From contig CAWAWS010000014.1 of assembly GCA_963785725.1 (NCBI GenBank), positions 96,001-160,000 of the forward strand: a stretch of 64,000 bases of DNA, written 5' to 3'. The notes beneath the pieces were generated by a model. It was not told where the DNA came from. It did not search any database and saw nothing but the letters and a program-made list of their open reading frames with translations. Positions within the stretch are counted from its first letter, which is position 1. The number at the start of each line of letters is the position of its first letter. Below, piece by piece: positions 1 through 10,105 of this stretch. This stretch comes from an uncultured delta proteobacterium (GTDB taxonomy: Bacteria; Myxococcota_A; Polyangia; Palsa-1104). Both the position numbers and the translations under genes were made by a program.

Positions 1-272
1 TTGTAGCCGCGGATGGCCGCGACGAGCGCGAGGCCGGCGCCGGTGTTGCCGGACGTCGCTTCGATGATCGTCGAGCCGGGGCTGAGCAGCCCGCGGCGTT
101 CGGCGTCGCGAATGATGTTCATCGCGACGCGGTCCTTCATCGAGCCGCCCGGATTCAGGTACTCGAGCTTGACGTAGATGTCGCTCTTGACGTGCGCGGC
201 GACCTTGTTGAGCTTGACGATCGGCGTGTTGCCAATCGCGTCGAGGACGGTGGCGCGAGCACCCTTCATCAT
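1..272 (-). CDS. PLP-dependent cysteine synthase / cystathionine beta-synthase family protein (N-terminal part; runs off window start)
   Basis: Manual translation [23 protein letters not shown]...[16 protein letters not shown]...[25 protein letters not shown]-lysine motif and TSGNTG loop. Confidence 0.93.
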   Translation of the reverse strand, partial: MMKGARATVLDAIGNTPIVKLNKVAAHVKSDIYVKLEYLNPGGSMKDRVAMNIIRDAERRGLLSPGSTIIEATSGNTGAGLALVAAIRGY

Positions 273-599
273 GGCGCTATCGGGTATCACGACAAGACGC
301 TACACGGCAATGCCAAGCTCGTCGGTTACCTCGGCGTTACGCGGGAAAATCGCGACGCAGCGCGTGAGGCCGCGGTCACGCGCGTGACGAGCCGCGGCAA
401 TCGCCGCCGGCGTGGGTGCGGCTAGGCTTCCGCTGCTTGGGGGCGCGCGTGGCTGCCGAGCGCGTACGGCCGGAATAAACCTCGCGCCGGCGTGGCCCGA
501 TCCGCGGATGGCCGATTCCGGCGGAGCGACGCCGGGCGCACGCACCGCGTGCCCGCCCGGCGTCGCCGAGTGGGCTACCGCCCAGACCCGCCCGGCGCG

Positions 600-1091
600 C
601 TAGATCTCTTCGTCAGGCTTGTCGCCGAACAGATGCGACATCGCCTTCTCCTCGATGACGTCCTGCATGCGCGCGCCGCCGTAGCGCGCGACGATGCGAT
701 CGTCATACTCGTCCGCGACGAGCGCCACGTCGTGCACGGTCGCGATCAGCTCCTTCGGATCCATCGAATCGCCGCCCAAGATCGAATGCCCGAACATGAT
801 GAGGCTGCCTTCGGGCACATAAGCGAACGAGCCGAACCGCAGCTGCCCGTTCAAGATCAAGAGCTGCCGAAACAGGGAGGGCTCGGGCTTGACGCCGGCG
901 ACGACCTGCGCGACGACGCGGACGAGGGCGCGCTCGTTGACCTTGCCCTTATGCCCCGACGGCACGACGCTGATCATGACGTAGCTCGAGCCCTGCTTGA
1001 CCACGTACAAGTGGTCGTCGACCTTGCGGTAGGCCGGGCTCTTGCCGAGGATCTTCTCGATGTTGATGCAGCTCGCGTCGACGGCGTTCAT
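600..1091 (-). CDS. YbjN / type III chaperone-fold domain protein
   Basis: 163 aa, good coding composition; LLILNGQLRFGSFA and VALVADEYDDRIVARYGG resemble YbjN-family proteins. Confidence 0.65.
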   Translation of the reverse strand: MNAVDASCINIEKILGKSPAYRKVDDHLYVVKQGSSYVMISVVPSGHKGKVNERALVRVVAQVVAGVKPEPSLFRQLLILNGQLRFGSFAYVPEGSLIMFGHSILGGDSMDPKELIATVHDVALVADEYDDRIVARYGGARMQDVIEEKAMSHLFGDKPDEEI

Positions 1092-1140
1092 GGCGGCGAC
1101 GCTAGCACGCGATCGTCGCCGCTGTCAGCAGGCGCGCCTT

Positions 1141-1905
1141 TTAGAACCCGCGCGCCGTCGGTGCCAGCGGCTCCGGCCGTGACAAGTCGCGAATGTCGCG
1201 GCTGGCGTGCACGAACGACGATGCGCCCGGCGCCCACAACGTCACGCCGACGATGAACGCGCTCGCGCCCAGCCAAACGCCGACGCCGCGCGTGGTGCCG
1301 TCGATGCCGTCGGCGCCGCCGTAATAGCCGGTCGCGATGATGCCGCCCAAGCTGAGCGCGCCGCCGATCGAGATGAGCACGATGGCGCGCGTCCGTCGCG
1401 CCCGCGCCTGCTCGAGCCGCACTTCGCGCGGCGGCCCTTGCGGTACCGGCATATACGGCGGCACGCCGTACCACTGCGGCGGTGGCGGCTGCTGCTGCAC
1501 GATGACGGGCGGCTGCTGCTGCCTCGGCGCCGGCGGCCGCTGCGGCAGATCCTGCTGCTTGCGATCGTTCTCCAACCGCGCGCGCAGCTGCGTCTGAAAC
1601 GCGCGATCGTCGTCATTCTGCGGCTGCCCGGCCATCTCGAAATACTTGTCGAAGGCCAGCGCCGCTTCCTGAAAGCGCCCCAGCCGCTCGTACGTGGCGC
1701 CGATGTTGTAATAGAGGTTCGGCGCCGGCAGGATCATGTTCGCGCGCTGATACGACGACAGCGCCGTCTCGTAATCGCCGCGCTCGAACGCCGCTTTGCC
1801 CTCGGAAAATGCGCGCTTCGCGTCATCGATCGGCGCCGCGGCGACGGGAACGGCGACAACGATCACGATCGCGGCGACGGCCCACGTAATTGAACGCACG
1901 GCCAA
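1141..1905 (-). CDS. Secreted TPR protein with C-terminal hydrophobic segments
   Basis: Signal peptide; TPR-like AKRAFSEGKAAFERGDYETAL...LYYNIGATYERLGRFQEAA; Pro/Gln linker; hydrophobic tail. Confidence 0.75.
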   Translation of the reverse strand: MAVRSITWAVAAIVIVVAVPVAAAPIDDAKRAFSEGKAAFERGDYETALSSYQRANMILPAPNLYYNIGATYERLGRFQEAALAFDKYFEMAGQPQNDDDRAFQTQLRARLENDRKQQDLPQRPPAPRQQQPPVIVQQQPPPPQWYGVPPYMPVPQGPPREVRLEQARARRTRAIVLISIGGALSLGGIIATGYYGGADGIDGTTRGVGVWLGASAFIVGVTLWAPGASSFVHASRDIRDLSRPEPLAPTARGF

Positions 1906-1956
1906 GAGTTAACCGCGATTGATCTAACGGCGGCAAGAGGTGAAAATGGCAGAGCG

Positions 1957-3735
1957 TTGCGACGTGTGATTCTCATCGCGCTCGGCCTCGTCCTCGTCGG
2001 CCCGGCGCACGCGCAGAGCGAGGACGATCCGAAGTCCTCGATTCAGGAGTGGCCGCCGCGCAAACCGCCGCCGCCGCCGCCCGCGCCGCCGCCGAAGCCG
2101 ACGGCGCCGAGCGCGCCCGCGCCGAGCGCGCCCGCGAATCCCGGCGACATCGCGCCCGCGCCCAACGCGCCGCCGCCCGACGAGCAAACGCCGCGCACGC
2201 CCGACGGCAAAGAGGTCAAGCGGCTGCCGCCGCCCAAGCCGTCGCTGCCGCCGGGCGCGCAGCAGCCGAACATGACCGGCGGCGCGTCGGTGCAGCCGGA
2301 CACGAACGCCGGCACCATCCGCGCCATCGACGTCCCCGCCGGCAAGACGTTCGACCAAGTGGCGCTGCCGCCCGGCACCATCGCCGACGGCAAAGAGGGC
2401 ATGGGCCAACTCGTCGTCGACGTCAAAGTCGTCGACAACACGCGCACCGACAACGAGACCGTGCAGTTCATCGCCGGCGTCAAAGTCGGCATGACGCTGA
2501 CGCCCGAGCTGGTCGAGATCATGCGCGAGCGTTTGAATACCGTAGGCCTATTCAAGAATATCGATATTCATTGGGAAGTATTGCCGACGGGCGGCGTCCG
2601 CATCATCTTGAGCGCGCACGACAAGCTGAGCTGGATCGTGGCGCCGCTGTTCTCGTACTCGACGGGAAACTACGGCGGCGGCCTCGCTTACGCCAACTCC
2701 AACGTCTTCGGCAGGAACAAGAAGTTCCTCGTCCTCGGCGAATATACGACGCAACAGAAACTCTTATTCGTCGCCTTTTTAGACCCGCAGATTCGTAATA
2801 CTCGCTTTTATTATCGCGTCGACGGCTTGGTGCGCCGCGACAGCATCTGGGAATACTCGCCCGAGCACATCGCCAACCCGCGCATCGAGCGCGCCACCGA
2901 CGTCGACACCTTCGGCGCCGCGGCGCTCGCCGGCGTCAACTTCACGCGCCGCTTCAAGATGGATTTGCGGCTCAAGATTTATTACGACAACGTACAAAAA
3001 TCGAGCTGTTACAACACCAGCAACGTCGACGGCTCGGGCACGCCCAACGTCGTCGCCGAGCAGGGCTCGTGCCTCGCGCCGTCGTCCTCGGGCTGGGACA
3101 ACACGTTCACGCTCAGCGCCACCTACGACGGCCGCAGCAACGTCTACGGCGTCTTGCACGGCCTTTTAGTCAACGCGGTTTACCAATATGGCGCCGATTG
3201 GCTGGGCACGCGCTACGACTATCATCTGCTGTCGCTCTACGGCATGTACGCCTGGCGCTTCTTCCACGAGCACAACTTGCTGCTGAAAATGGGCGCCGAC
3301 GTCTTCTTCGACGCGCCCTTCAAGATGGAGGTCGAGACCGGCGGCCCGCTCATGCGCGGCCTCGTCAGCCGCCAATATCGCGGCGACACCGACGTGCGCG
3401 CCACGCTCGAATATTATTTGCCGCTGTTCACGCTGCACGGCCTGTCCGTGCGTCTGCTCGGCTTTTACGACACCAACTTGACCTGGTTCCGCAGCATCCC
3501 CGATCAATCATCGCCGCTAGCGCGCCTCGTCGACCGCGGCAACGGCGGCTTTCGCGACTTTTTGCCGGACACGCCCTCGGGAATCACGCGCGAATCGTGG
3601 CACAACGGCATCGGCGGCGGCATTCGGCTCTATTTGCGCGGCGTCATCCTGCCGCTCCTCGGCGCCGACTTCGCCTATGGCATCGATGGCAACGACTTCC
3701 AATGGTACATTTCGATCGGCTCGACGCTGGACTAG
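1957..3735 (+). CDS. Omp85 (BamA/TamA-like) outer membrane protein with POTRA domain
   Basis: Signal peptide, Pro-rich region, POTRA-like segment (DNTRTD...ERLNTVGLFKNIDI), NVFGRNK, MRG...YRGD, GIGGGIR and terminal beta strand WYISIG. Confidence 0.8.
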   Translation: MRRVILIALGLVLVGPAHAQSEDDPKSSIQEWPPRKPPPPPPAPPPKPTAPSAPAPSAPANPGDIAPAPNAPPPDEQTPRTPDGKEVKRLPPPKPSLPPGAQQPNMTGGASVQPDTNAGTIRAIDVPAGKTFDQVALPPGTIADGKEGMGQLVVDVKVVDNTRTDNETVQFIAGVKVGMTLTPELVEIMRERLNTVGLFKNIDIHWEVLPTGGVRIILSAHDKLSWIVAPLFSYSTGNYGGGLAYANSNVFGRNKKFLVLGEYTTQQKLLFVAFLDPQIRNTRFYYRVDGLVRRDSIWEYSPEHIANPRIERATDVDTFGAAALAGVNFTRRFKMDLRLKIYYDNVQKSSCYNTSNVDGSGTPNVVAEQGSCLAPSSSGWDNTFTLSATYDGRSNVYGVLHGLLVNAVYQYGADWLGTRYDYHLLSLYGMYAWRFFHEHNLLLKMGADVFFDAPFKMEVETGGPLMRGLVSRQYRGDTDVRATLEYYLPLFTLHGLSVRLLGFYDTNLTWFRSIPDQSSPLARLVDRGNGGFRDFLPDTPSGITRESWHNGIGGGIRLYLRGVILPLLGADFAYGIDGNDFQWYISIGSTLD

Positions 3736-3768
3736 GGTCGCGTCGCACCCTATGATTCTTCGCTCGGT

Positions 3769-5844
3769 ATGCGGTTCTGCCCCTTTTGCGCACAAGAAAA
3801 CCCCGACGATGCGCGCGAATGCGTGCATTGCGGCAAGCGTCTGCCGGCGTCACGCCAGGTCACGAAGCCGCCGGTAGCGGCTAAACCGGGCCCGCCGCCG
3901 CCGCGTCCGGCGCCGCCGCGTCCCGGTCCGCGCGCCGTGACGACCGCGCCGCCGCCGCCGTCACGTGCGCCCGAAGCCTTCGCCGCGACCGTTCCGCCGA
4001 ACACGCTGCCGGCGCTGAAAGATCGGCCGGCGAGCAACGGCCCGCCGCTCAAGTCCTCGCCCGTCGACGCGACGTTGAAGCCGCTGGCCGAGGTCAAGCC
4101 GTCGTCGCTCATGCCGAAGCGGCCCATCGGCGACAGCGAGATGGTGACGGTGACGCGCCCGCCGACGAGCGCGCCGACGGGCACGCTGCTCGGCTTGCCG
4201 GCGCAGGAGATGCCGAGCGCGCTGGTGCCGGCGTCGCCGTCGTCGCGTGACAGCGGCCGGCGCACGACGCAGCCGCAGTCGCTGAAGCTGCCGGGCGGCA
4301 CGCCGGCGCGGCCGCTGCCCAGCTTCGAAGACGACGACGGCGCCACCGAAGTGCACGGCAACGCGCCCGAGCCGCTCGACGATTTGCCGACCGGTCCGAC
4401 GTCGCGCGCCGACGCCCTCGACGACGCCGAGACCAATGCGCGCCCGTCGCCGCCGCGGCGGCCGCAGGATTCGCTGGCGACGCCGGCCAAAGGCCTGCCG
4501 GTGCCGCGACCGCGCAACAACACGCCGCCGCCGATGCCGCCGCCGTCGCCGCAAAAGAGCGGCGCGCGCTCGACGGTGCCGATGCCGTCGACGCGCGAGC
4601 CGGCGCCGCTGCCGCCGCCGCCGGCGGTGCCGCCGCTCGTGCCGAGCTCGCCCTCGTCGCTGATTCAGACGTTGGAGCGGCCGCTGCCGCCGGAAGAGCG
4701 GCCGGGACATCGCGTCAGCAACGACGCCGGCTCGTTCCCGCAGCTCGATCCCGGGCCGACGCCGGCGATTCCGACGCTGGCGCTGCCGCCGATGCCGGAG
4801 CATCCGAGCACGGGGTCGATCATCGACGCCGTGAAGTATCTGCTGCCGCTGGCGAAGGCGATCTGGGCGCGCAAGAAGGCGCAGGATTCGATTCGCGCGC
4901 TGCTGCACGGCGATCAGCGCCTCCTCGACAGCGTCTTGCGCGACTTGGGCCGCGTGGCGCGCGAAGAGGAGCTGCCGGTGCCGGCGCTCGCCGACGAGAT
5001 GCGCCGCGTGCAAGAGCAGGAGGCGCGCCGCGCCAACGCCGAGCGCGAAGCGACCGACGCCGAGACCGCGACGCAGCGCGAGGAAGACCGCTGGCGCATC
5101 GATTTGGGTGAGCGCAACGCCGATCTCGGCCGTCGCGAAGCCGAGCTCAAGGCCACCGACGAAGAGCTGCGGCTCAAGGCGGAAGAGCGGCGCTTGCACG
5201 AGGCCGAGCGCACGCGCATCGAAGCCGAGATTCGCGCCGCCGAGAAGCGCATCAGCGCCGCCGAAGCCAAAGCGGTGAAAGCCGAAGCGACGCCGCCGGA
5301 AAAGGGTGGCGGCGCCAACACGGCGGCGAACATTCGCACCGAAGCGGCCGCGGCCAAGCAGGAGGCGGCGAAGCTGGCGCCGTCACGCGACAACGCGCGC
5401 GCCGCGGCCGAAGCGCTCGACGGGCCGATCGCGCTCTTGACCGAGAAGCTGACCGACGCGCGGGCGACGCTGGCGCAGAAGAAGAAAGAGACGACCGAAG
5501 CGACGAGCACGCACGAGCAGACGCTGCAGGACTTGCAGGTCAAGCGCGAGCGCGCCATCGCCGAGCGCGACTCGGCCGAGCGCGAGCTGACGCAGCGCTT
5601 CGTCACGGCGGGGACGATCTTGAACCTCAATCGCGTCGACCATCCGAAGCTGGCGCCGCTGTTCGCGCGCGTCGACGAGCTCAAGGGCGCGGTCAACGCG
5701 CGCGAAGCGGCGATCGTGCGCCTCGAGGCCGAGCGGCGCGTCTACGATCGCGGCGCCGTGCAAAAAGGCCTGATGACGGTCGGCATCGCCGCCGGCGCGC
5801 TCATCATCCTCGCCATCATCTTGATCATCGTGTTCGCGCGGTAA
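3769..5844 (+). CDS. Zinc-ribbon, Pro-rich, coiled-coil protein with C-terminal membrane anchor
   Basis: CPFC...CVHCG zinc ribbon, long Pro-rich region, Ala/Glu/Arg coiled coil, terminal TM helix. Confidence 0.75.
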   Translation: MRFCPFCAQENPDDARECVHCGKRLPASRQVTKPPVAAKPGPPPPRPAPPRPGPRAVTTAPPPPSRAPEAFAATVPPNTLPALKDRPASNGPPLKSSPVDATLKPLAEVKPSSLMPKRPIGDSEMVTVTRPPTSAPTGTLLGLPAQEMPSALVPASPSSRDSGRRTTQPQSLKLPGGTPARPLPSFEDDDGATEVHGNAPEPLDDLPTGPTSRADALDDAETNARPSPPRRPQDSLATPAKGLPVPRPRNNTPPPMPPPSPQKSGARSTVPMPSTREPAPLPPPPAVPPLVPSSPSSLIQTLERPLPPEERPGHRVSNDAGSFPQLDPGPTPAIPTLALPPMPEHPSTGSIIDAVKYLLPLAKAIWARKKAQDSIRALLHGDQRLLDSVLRDLGRVAREEELPVPALADEMRRVQEQEARRANAEREATDAETATQREEDRWRIDLGERNADLGRREAELKATDEELRLKAEERRLHEAERTRIEAEIRAAEKRISAAEAKAVKAEATPPEKGGGANTAANIRTEAAAAKQEAAKLAPSRDNARAAAEALDGPIALLTEKLTDARATLAQKKKETTEATSTHEQTLQDLQVKRERAIAERDSAERELTQRFVTAGTILNLNRVDHPKLAPLFARVDELKGAVNAREAAIVRLEAERRVYDRGAVQKGLMTVGIAAGALIILAIILIIVFAR

Positions 5845-5893
5845 TCGAGCCGCGTGAGCCGTCGTGAGCCCGCGCGGCAGGTTTGCCGACGGC

Positions 5894-6724
5894 TCAGCCG
5901 GTCGCCCGCTGGTTGTCGCGGTCCTTCTTGATGCGCTGAATGTCCGCCGCCGTCTCCTCGACCGCCTTGCCCGTGATGTCGATGACCGGCCACGACGGAT
6001 GCTGCCGAAACACCGACTGCGCGTACGCGATCTCCTGCGCGATGTGATCGCGCGTGCCGTACGACGTATCGGGCGGCATCCCCAGATGCTTCAGCCGCGC
6101 CTGCCGAATCTGCAGCAGCGACTCGCCTTTGATCGTCAGCCCGAAGATGCGCTCCTGATCGATCTCGAACAGCTCGTGCGGCGGCTCGATGCCGAGCACC
6201 AGCGGCACATTGGCGACTTTCAGCCCCTTTTGCGCCAAGAACGTCGAGAGCGGCGTCTTCGACGTGCGCGAAATGCCGACGAGCACGAGGTCGGCCTTCG
6301 GCAGGTTGCGCGGCTCGCGGCCGTCGTCGTTGCGCACGGTGAACTCGACCGCTTCGATGCGGCGGAAATATTCGTCGCCGATCGTATGCAAGAGGCCGGG
6401 GACGCCCTTCGGCTGCGACCCGAGATACGACGACAGCTTCGCCATCAACGTGCCGATGAGGTCGACGGCGTCGACGTTCTCCTCGTCGCACAGCCGGCGC
6501 AGGATCTCGCGATGCGCCGTCGAGACCACCGTAAACACGACCAGCGCCTGCATCTGCTTGGCGCGGTTGACGATGCTGCGCATCTCCGCTTCCAGCCGCA
6601 CGCGCGTGTACATCCGCAGCTGCACCGGCACGTTCGTGAACTGCAAGAGCGCCGCGCGCACGACCTTCTCCGCGGTCTCGCCCGTGGCATCCGAGATGAC
6701 GAAGATGAGGCGCGGCTCGGTCAT
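5894..6724 (-). CDS. ppsR: Pyruvate phosphate dikinase / PEP synthase regulatory kinase-pyrophosphorylase (DUF299)
   Basis: ISDATGETA, YFRRIEAVEF, DDG, ADLVLVGISRTSKTPLS motifs. Confidence 0.93.
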   Translation of the reverse strand: MTEPRLIFVISDATGETAEKVVRAALLQFTNVPVQLRMYTRVRLEAEMRSIVNRAKQMQALVVFTVVSTAHREILRRLCDEENVDAVDLIGTLMAKLSSYLGSQPKGVPGLLHTIGDEYFRRIEAVEFTVRNDDGREPRNLPKADLVLVGISRTSKTPLSTFLAQKGLKVANVPLVLGIEPPHELFEIDQERIFGLTIKGESLLQIRQARLKHLGMPPDTSYGTRDHIAQEIAYAQSVFRQHPSWPVIDITGKAVEETAADIQRIKKDRDNQRATG

Positions 6725-6766
6725 CGGCTCGCGTTGATGCTAGCATGTCGCCCAGTGAGGCCAGGC

Positions 6767-8227
6767 ATGAAGATGCGCAATCCCCTGTTCGTCGGCCTAT
6801 TCCTCGCGAGCACGACGTTCGCGGGCTGTGGTGGCGACAAGAAGCAAGCAGTGGTGCCGGCAGACATGGCGTTGGCGCGCTCGACGCTGACCGCCGATCA
6901 AGCAGCGGCCCAGCGCGCCAGCTGTACCTTCACGGCCGGCACCGGACCGGGCCTGTCGATCGCGCAAGACGCGCCGCTCGGCAATCAGATCCCGATCGAC
7001 ACCGTCGTCATCGTGATGATGGAGAACCGCTCGTTCGATCATTTGCTGCAGGCGCTGCCGGCCTTCGGTCAGCCCGACGCCGACGTCGCGCCCGCCGACG
7101 CCAGCAACAAAGACAGCGACGGCAGCGTCGTCAACACGTTCCACCTGACGCCGTACTGCTTCGACGATCCCAACCACGGCTGGAAAGAGGTCCACGGCGA
7201 GTGGGACAACGGCGCCATGGACGGCTTCGTCATCTACAACAATTACAACGGCACGCCCGACATTCCCGCCGACGGCAAGCGCGCCATGGGCTACTACACC
7301 GACGCCGATCTGCCGTGGCTCTACAGCGTCGCCAACACGTTCGCGCTCGCCGATCGCAACTTCTCGTCGCTGCTCGGCCCGACGTTCCCCAACCGCGAAT
7401 ACTTGTACGCGGCCACGTCGTTCGGCCACACCGGCAACGCCGTCTTCACCAACGACGAGCCGACGATCATGCAGGCCATGAACAACGCCAACGTCGACTG
7501 GCGCGAGTACGCCACGTCGCTGCCCGGGCTCGAGATCTTCGCCGCCACCTACATCGCCAACATCGACGCGCACCAGTTCCCGATCACGCAGTTCTACACC
7601 GACGCCGCCGCCGGCACGTTGGGTCAGGTCAACTTCGTCGATCCCGACCTCTATTCGAACAACTTCGGCGAGCGTAACGACTTCCATCCGCCGGGCGACA
7701 TTCAAGGCGGCCAAGCGTTCATGCACGACGTCGTCGACGCGATGCTGAAGTCGCCGCAGTGGGCGCACTCGGCGGTCATCCTCACGTTCGACGAGCACGG
7801 CGGCATCTACGATCACGTGCCGCCGCCGCCGGCGTGCGCGCCCGACGACATCCCGGCGCAGCTGAGCCCGGGCGATCCGGCGGGCGACTTCAAGACCTAC
7901 GGCGTGCGCGTGCCGATGATCGTCGTGTCGCCTTACGCCAAGCCGCACTTCGTGTCGCATACGGTGTTCGATCACACGTCGATCTTGCGCTTCATCGAGA
8001 CGCGCTTCGGCATCCCGGCCTTGACCGCGCGCGACGCCAACGCCGATCCGCTGAGCGACATGTTCGACTTCACGACCGCCGCCTTCGCGACGCCGCCCTC
8101 TTTGCCCGCGGCGCCGATCGATCCGACGAAGCTGGCCGACTGCTTGGCGCTCTATCCCGAAGACGGCGGCACCGACGCCGGCGTGGCCAGCGACGGCGGC
8201 AGCGGCAACCCCGACGGCGGCATCTGA
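6767..8227 (+). CDS. Phospholipase C / phosphoesterase family lipoprotein
   Basis: Start re-assigned to ATG 6767; lipobox FAGC; MENRSFDH, GPTFPNR, TFDEHGGIYDHVPPP, GVRVP, FDHTSIL. Confidence 0.9.
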   Translation: MKMRNPLFVGLFLASTTFAGCGGDKKQAVVPADMALARSTLTADQAAAQRASCTFTAGTGPGLSIAQDAPLGNQIPIDTVVIVMMENRSFDHLLQALPAFGQPDADVAPADASNKDSDGSVVNTFHLTPYCFDDPNHGWKEVHGEWDNGAMDGFVIYNNYNGTPDIPADGKRAMGYYTDADLPWLYSVANTFALADRNFSSLLGPTFPNREYLYAATSFGHTGNAVFTNDEPTIMQAMNNANVDWREYATSLPGLEIFAATYIANIDAHQFPITQFYTDAAAGTLGQVNFVDPDLYSNNFGERNDFHPPGDIQGGQAFMHDVVDAMLKSPQWAHSAVILTFDEHGGIYDHVPPPPACAPDDIPAQLSPGDPAGDFKTYGVRVPMIVVSPYAKPHFVSHTVFDHTSILRFIETRFGIPALTARDANADPLSDMFDFTTAAFATPPSLPAAPIDPTKLADCLALYPEDGGTDAGVASDGGSGNPDGGI

Positions 8228-8272
8228 CCCGCTTGCGCCGCCTGCCAAATGGTGGCGCGTTCGATCCGCGGC

Positions 8273-9517
8273 TTACGCGATGACGGGCAAGCGCAGCGCC
8301 GGCTTCGGCGTCGGATGGGCCGCGCGATAGTCGATGACGCGCGGGCACTCCGGATCGGGCGCCGCCGCGTCGCCGCTGACGTGCAGGCTGACGACGCGAC
8401 AGCCGCCGCGGCACAGCGACAAATAATCGCACGAGCGGCACGGCTCGACCGCCGCTTCGCGCCAACGCCGGAACGGCCCGAACGCGTCGTCGCTCGCCCA
8501 GTAGTCGCCGATGGCGTCGACGCGCGCCGCGACGGGCGGCGCGAAGCTGCACGCGGTCAGCATGCCCGACGCTTTGGCGCCGACGAGCAGATCGCCGCCG
8601 GCGCAGCCGTAAATGGCGAGCCACTGCATCAGCTTGGGCGCGATCTTGTGATGCGTGACCATCGGCGTGTACGAGCAATCGAGCCGCACGCGCAGCCGAT
8701 GGCGCCGCGCCAGGCCGAGTATCAGCGGCACGAGCGCGCGATGTTGCTCGTCGCTGCAGCGCAGTTCGTCGTAGGTCTTGACGCCGCGCCCCGACGGCTT
8801 GAAGCGCAAGAGCTCGATCTCGCGCAGCCGCCGCTGCTTGGCGTAGGCGAACACCTCGGCGAGGCCGGCGAAGCTGCGGCGCGTGATGACGCAGTTGATG
8901 CCGACGTGCTTGGTGACCTTGCGCAGCGCGACGACGGCGCGATCGGCGCGGTCGAAGCCGTCGAAGCCGCGCACCGCCGCGTAATCGGCGCCGACGCCGT
9001 CGATGGACACGTTGATCTGCCCGAATTCGCCGGCGAAGCTGCACAGCCGCGCCAACTCCTCGTCGCCGTAGAGGCCGGACGTCGTCAAGTTGGGGACGAG
9101 CCCGCGTTGTCGCGCGTAGCCGACGATCTCGCCGAGCCACGGCAACAGCGCCGATTCGCCGCCGCCGAGCGCGAGATGGAAGACGCCGCGCGCGGCCAAG
9201 GCGTCGATGGCGCGCATCCAGTCGTCGCGGCCCCATTCGCCGGCGGCGCCCGTCGGCGTCGCGCCGGTGTAGCAGCCTTGGCAGCCGGCGTCGCAGCGGT
9301 TCGTCAGCTGCAAATGCGCCTCGAGCGGACCGGACAGCGGCGGCTCGTTCCAGCCGGCGTCGTCGGCAGCATCGGGCGCGTCCCAGAGCGGGCTTTGCGT
9401 GTGGCCGAGCCGGCGGGCGCGCGCACGGTCGACGAACACCAGCGCCCGCGGCCGCGTCAAATGCACGATGCCGCCGAAACGCTCGTATCGAAAGCTGCGC
9501 GGACGCCACGTCGCCAT
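8273..9517 (-). CDS. Radical SAM protein with C-terminal SPASM domain
   Basis: CDAGCQGC (CxxxCxxC), GGGE, SIDG; SPASM cysteines CAGG...TACSF...CRSCDYLSLCRGGC...PECP. Confidence 0.92.
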   Translation of the reverse strand: MATWRPRSFRYERFGGIVHLTRPRALVFVDRARARRLGHTQSPLWDAPDAADDAGWNEPPLSGPLEAHLQLTNRCDAGCQGCYTGATPTGAAGEWGRDDWMRAIDALAARGVFHLALGGGESALLPWLGEIVGYARQRGLVPNLTTSGLYGDEELARLCSFAGEFGQINVSIDGVGADYAAVRGFDGFDRADRAVVALRKVTKHVGINCVITRRSFAGLAEVFAYAKQRRLREIELLRFKPSGRGVKTYDELRCSDEQHRALVPLILGLARRHRLRVRLDCSYTPMVTHHKIAPKLMQWLAIYGCAGGDLLVGAKASGMLTACSFAPPVAARVDAIGDYWASDDAFGPFRRWREAAVEPCRSCDYLSLCRGGCRVVSLHVSGDAAAPDPECPRVIDYRAAHPTPKPALRLPVIA

Positions 9518-9544
9518 GTGCCGGAAGATAGTAGCATTCGGGAG

Positions 9545-10105
9545 GTGACGAGCGACGACGCCAAGCGGCTGATCGTGCAGCGACGCATCGTGTTCGCGCT
9601 GGTGGCGCTGGCGTTGGCGCTGCTGCTGCTGGTTTTATGGCGCCGTTCGTCACCGCCGCCGCGGGTCGCGATCGCCGGCGAGCGCACGGCCGGCCTCCGC
9701 GTGGCCTGCCGCGGCGACGGCAAGCGCTGCTCGCTCGCCGCCGCGCTGCAGCTGTTCGTCAGCAACGGCGGCCGCTTTCGCCATGTCTTCGCCGTTGGCC
9801 TCGACGATCGGGCGACGATCCATTGGTACTTGCCGCATCCGCCCGATGTCGTCAGCGCGGTGGCGCCGCTCGGCGACGATCGGCCGCTGGGCGCGCCCAT
9901 CCCGTTCGCACCCGAGCATGTGACCGGCAAATTGCGCGTCTATGCGCTCTTTTCGGACGCGCCCGTCTCGGCGCAGGAGGTGACGGCGGCGACGGCGGAG
10001 CTGAAGCTGCAGCAGCGCCCGTGGTCCTTGGCGCAGCTGGAGACGCTGCCGATCGCGCGCACCGACGTGCTGCAAGCGAGCGCGCTCGTCGATATCGTGC
10101 CGTAG
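9545..10105 (+). CDS. Membrane-anchored hypothetical protein (possible DUF4384-like beta domain)
   Basis: GTG 9545 in the 8249 ORF frame; N-terminal TM (IVFALVALALALLLLVLW); HWYLP...LRVYALFSDAPV. Confidence 0.6.
   Translation: MTSDDAKRLIVQRRIVFALVALALALLLLVLWRRSSPPPRVAIAGERTAGLRVACRGDGKRCSLAAALQLFVSNGGRFRHVFAVGLDDRATIHWYLPHPPDVVSAVAPLGDDRPLGAPIPFAPEHVTGKLRVYALFSDAPVSAQEVTAATAELKLQQRPWSLAQLETLPIARTDVLQASALVDIVP

Noticed and set aside
273..599. SAM or other riboswitch or ncRNA upstream of the cysteine synthase gene
   Set aside because: GC-rich hairpins (for example 526-566) exist but I could not match any riboswitch consensus
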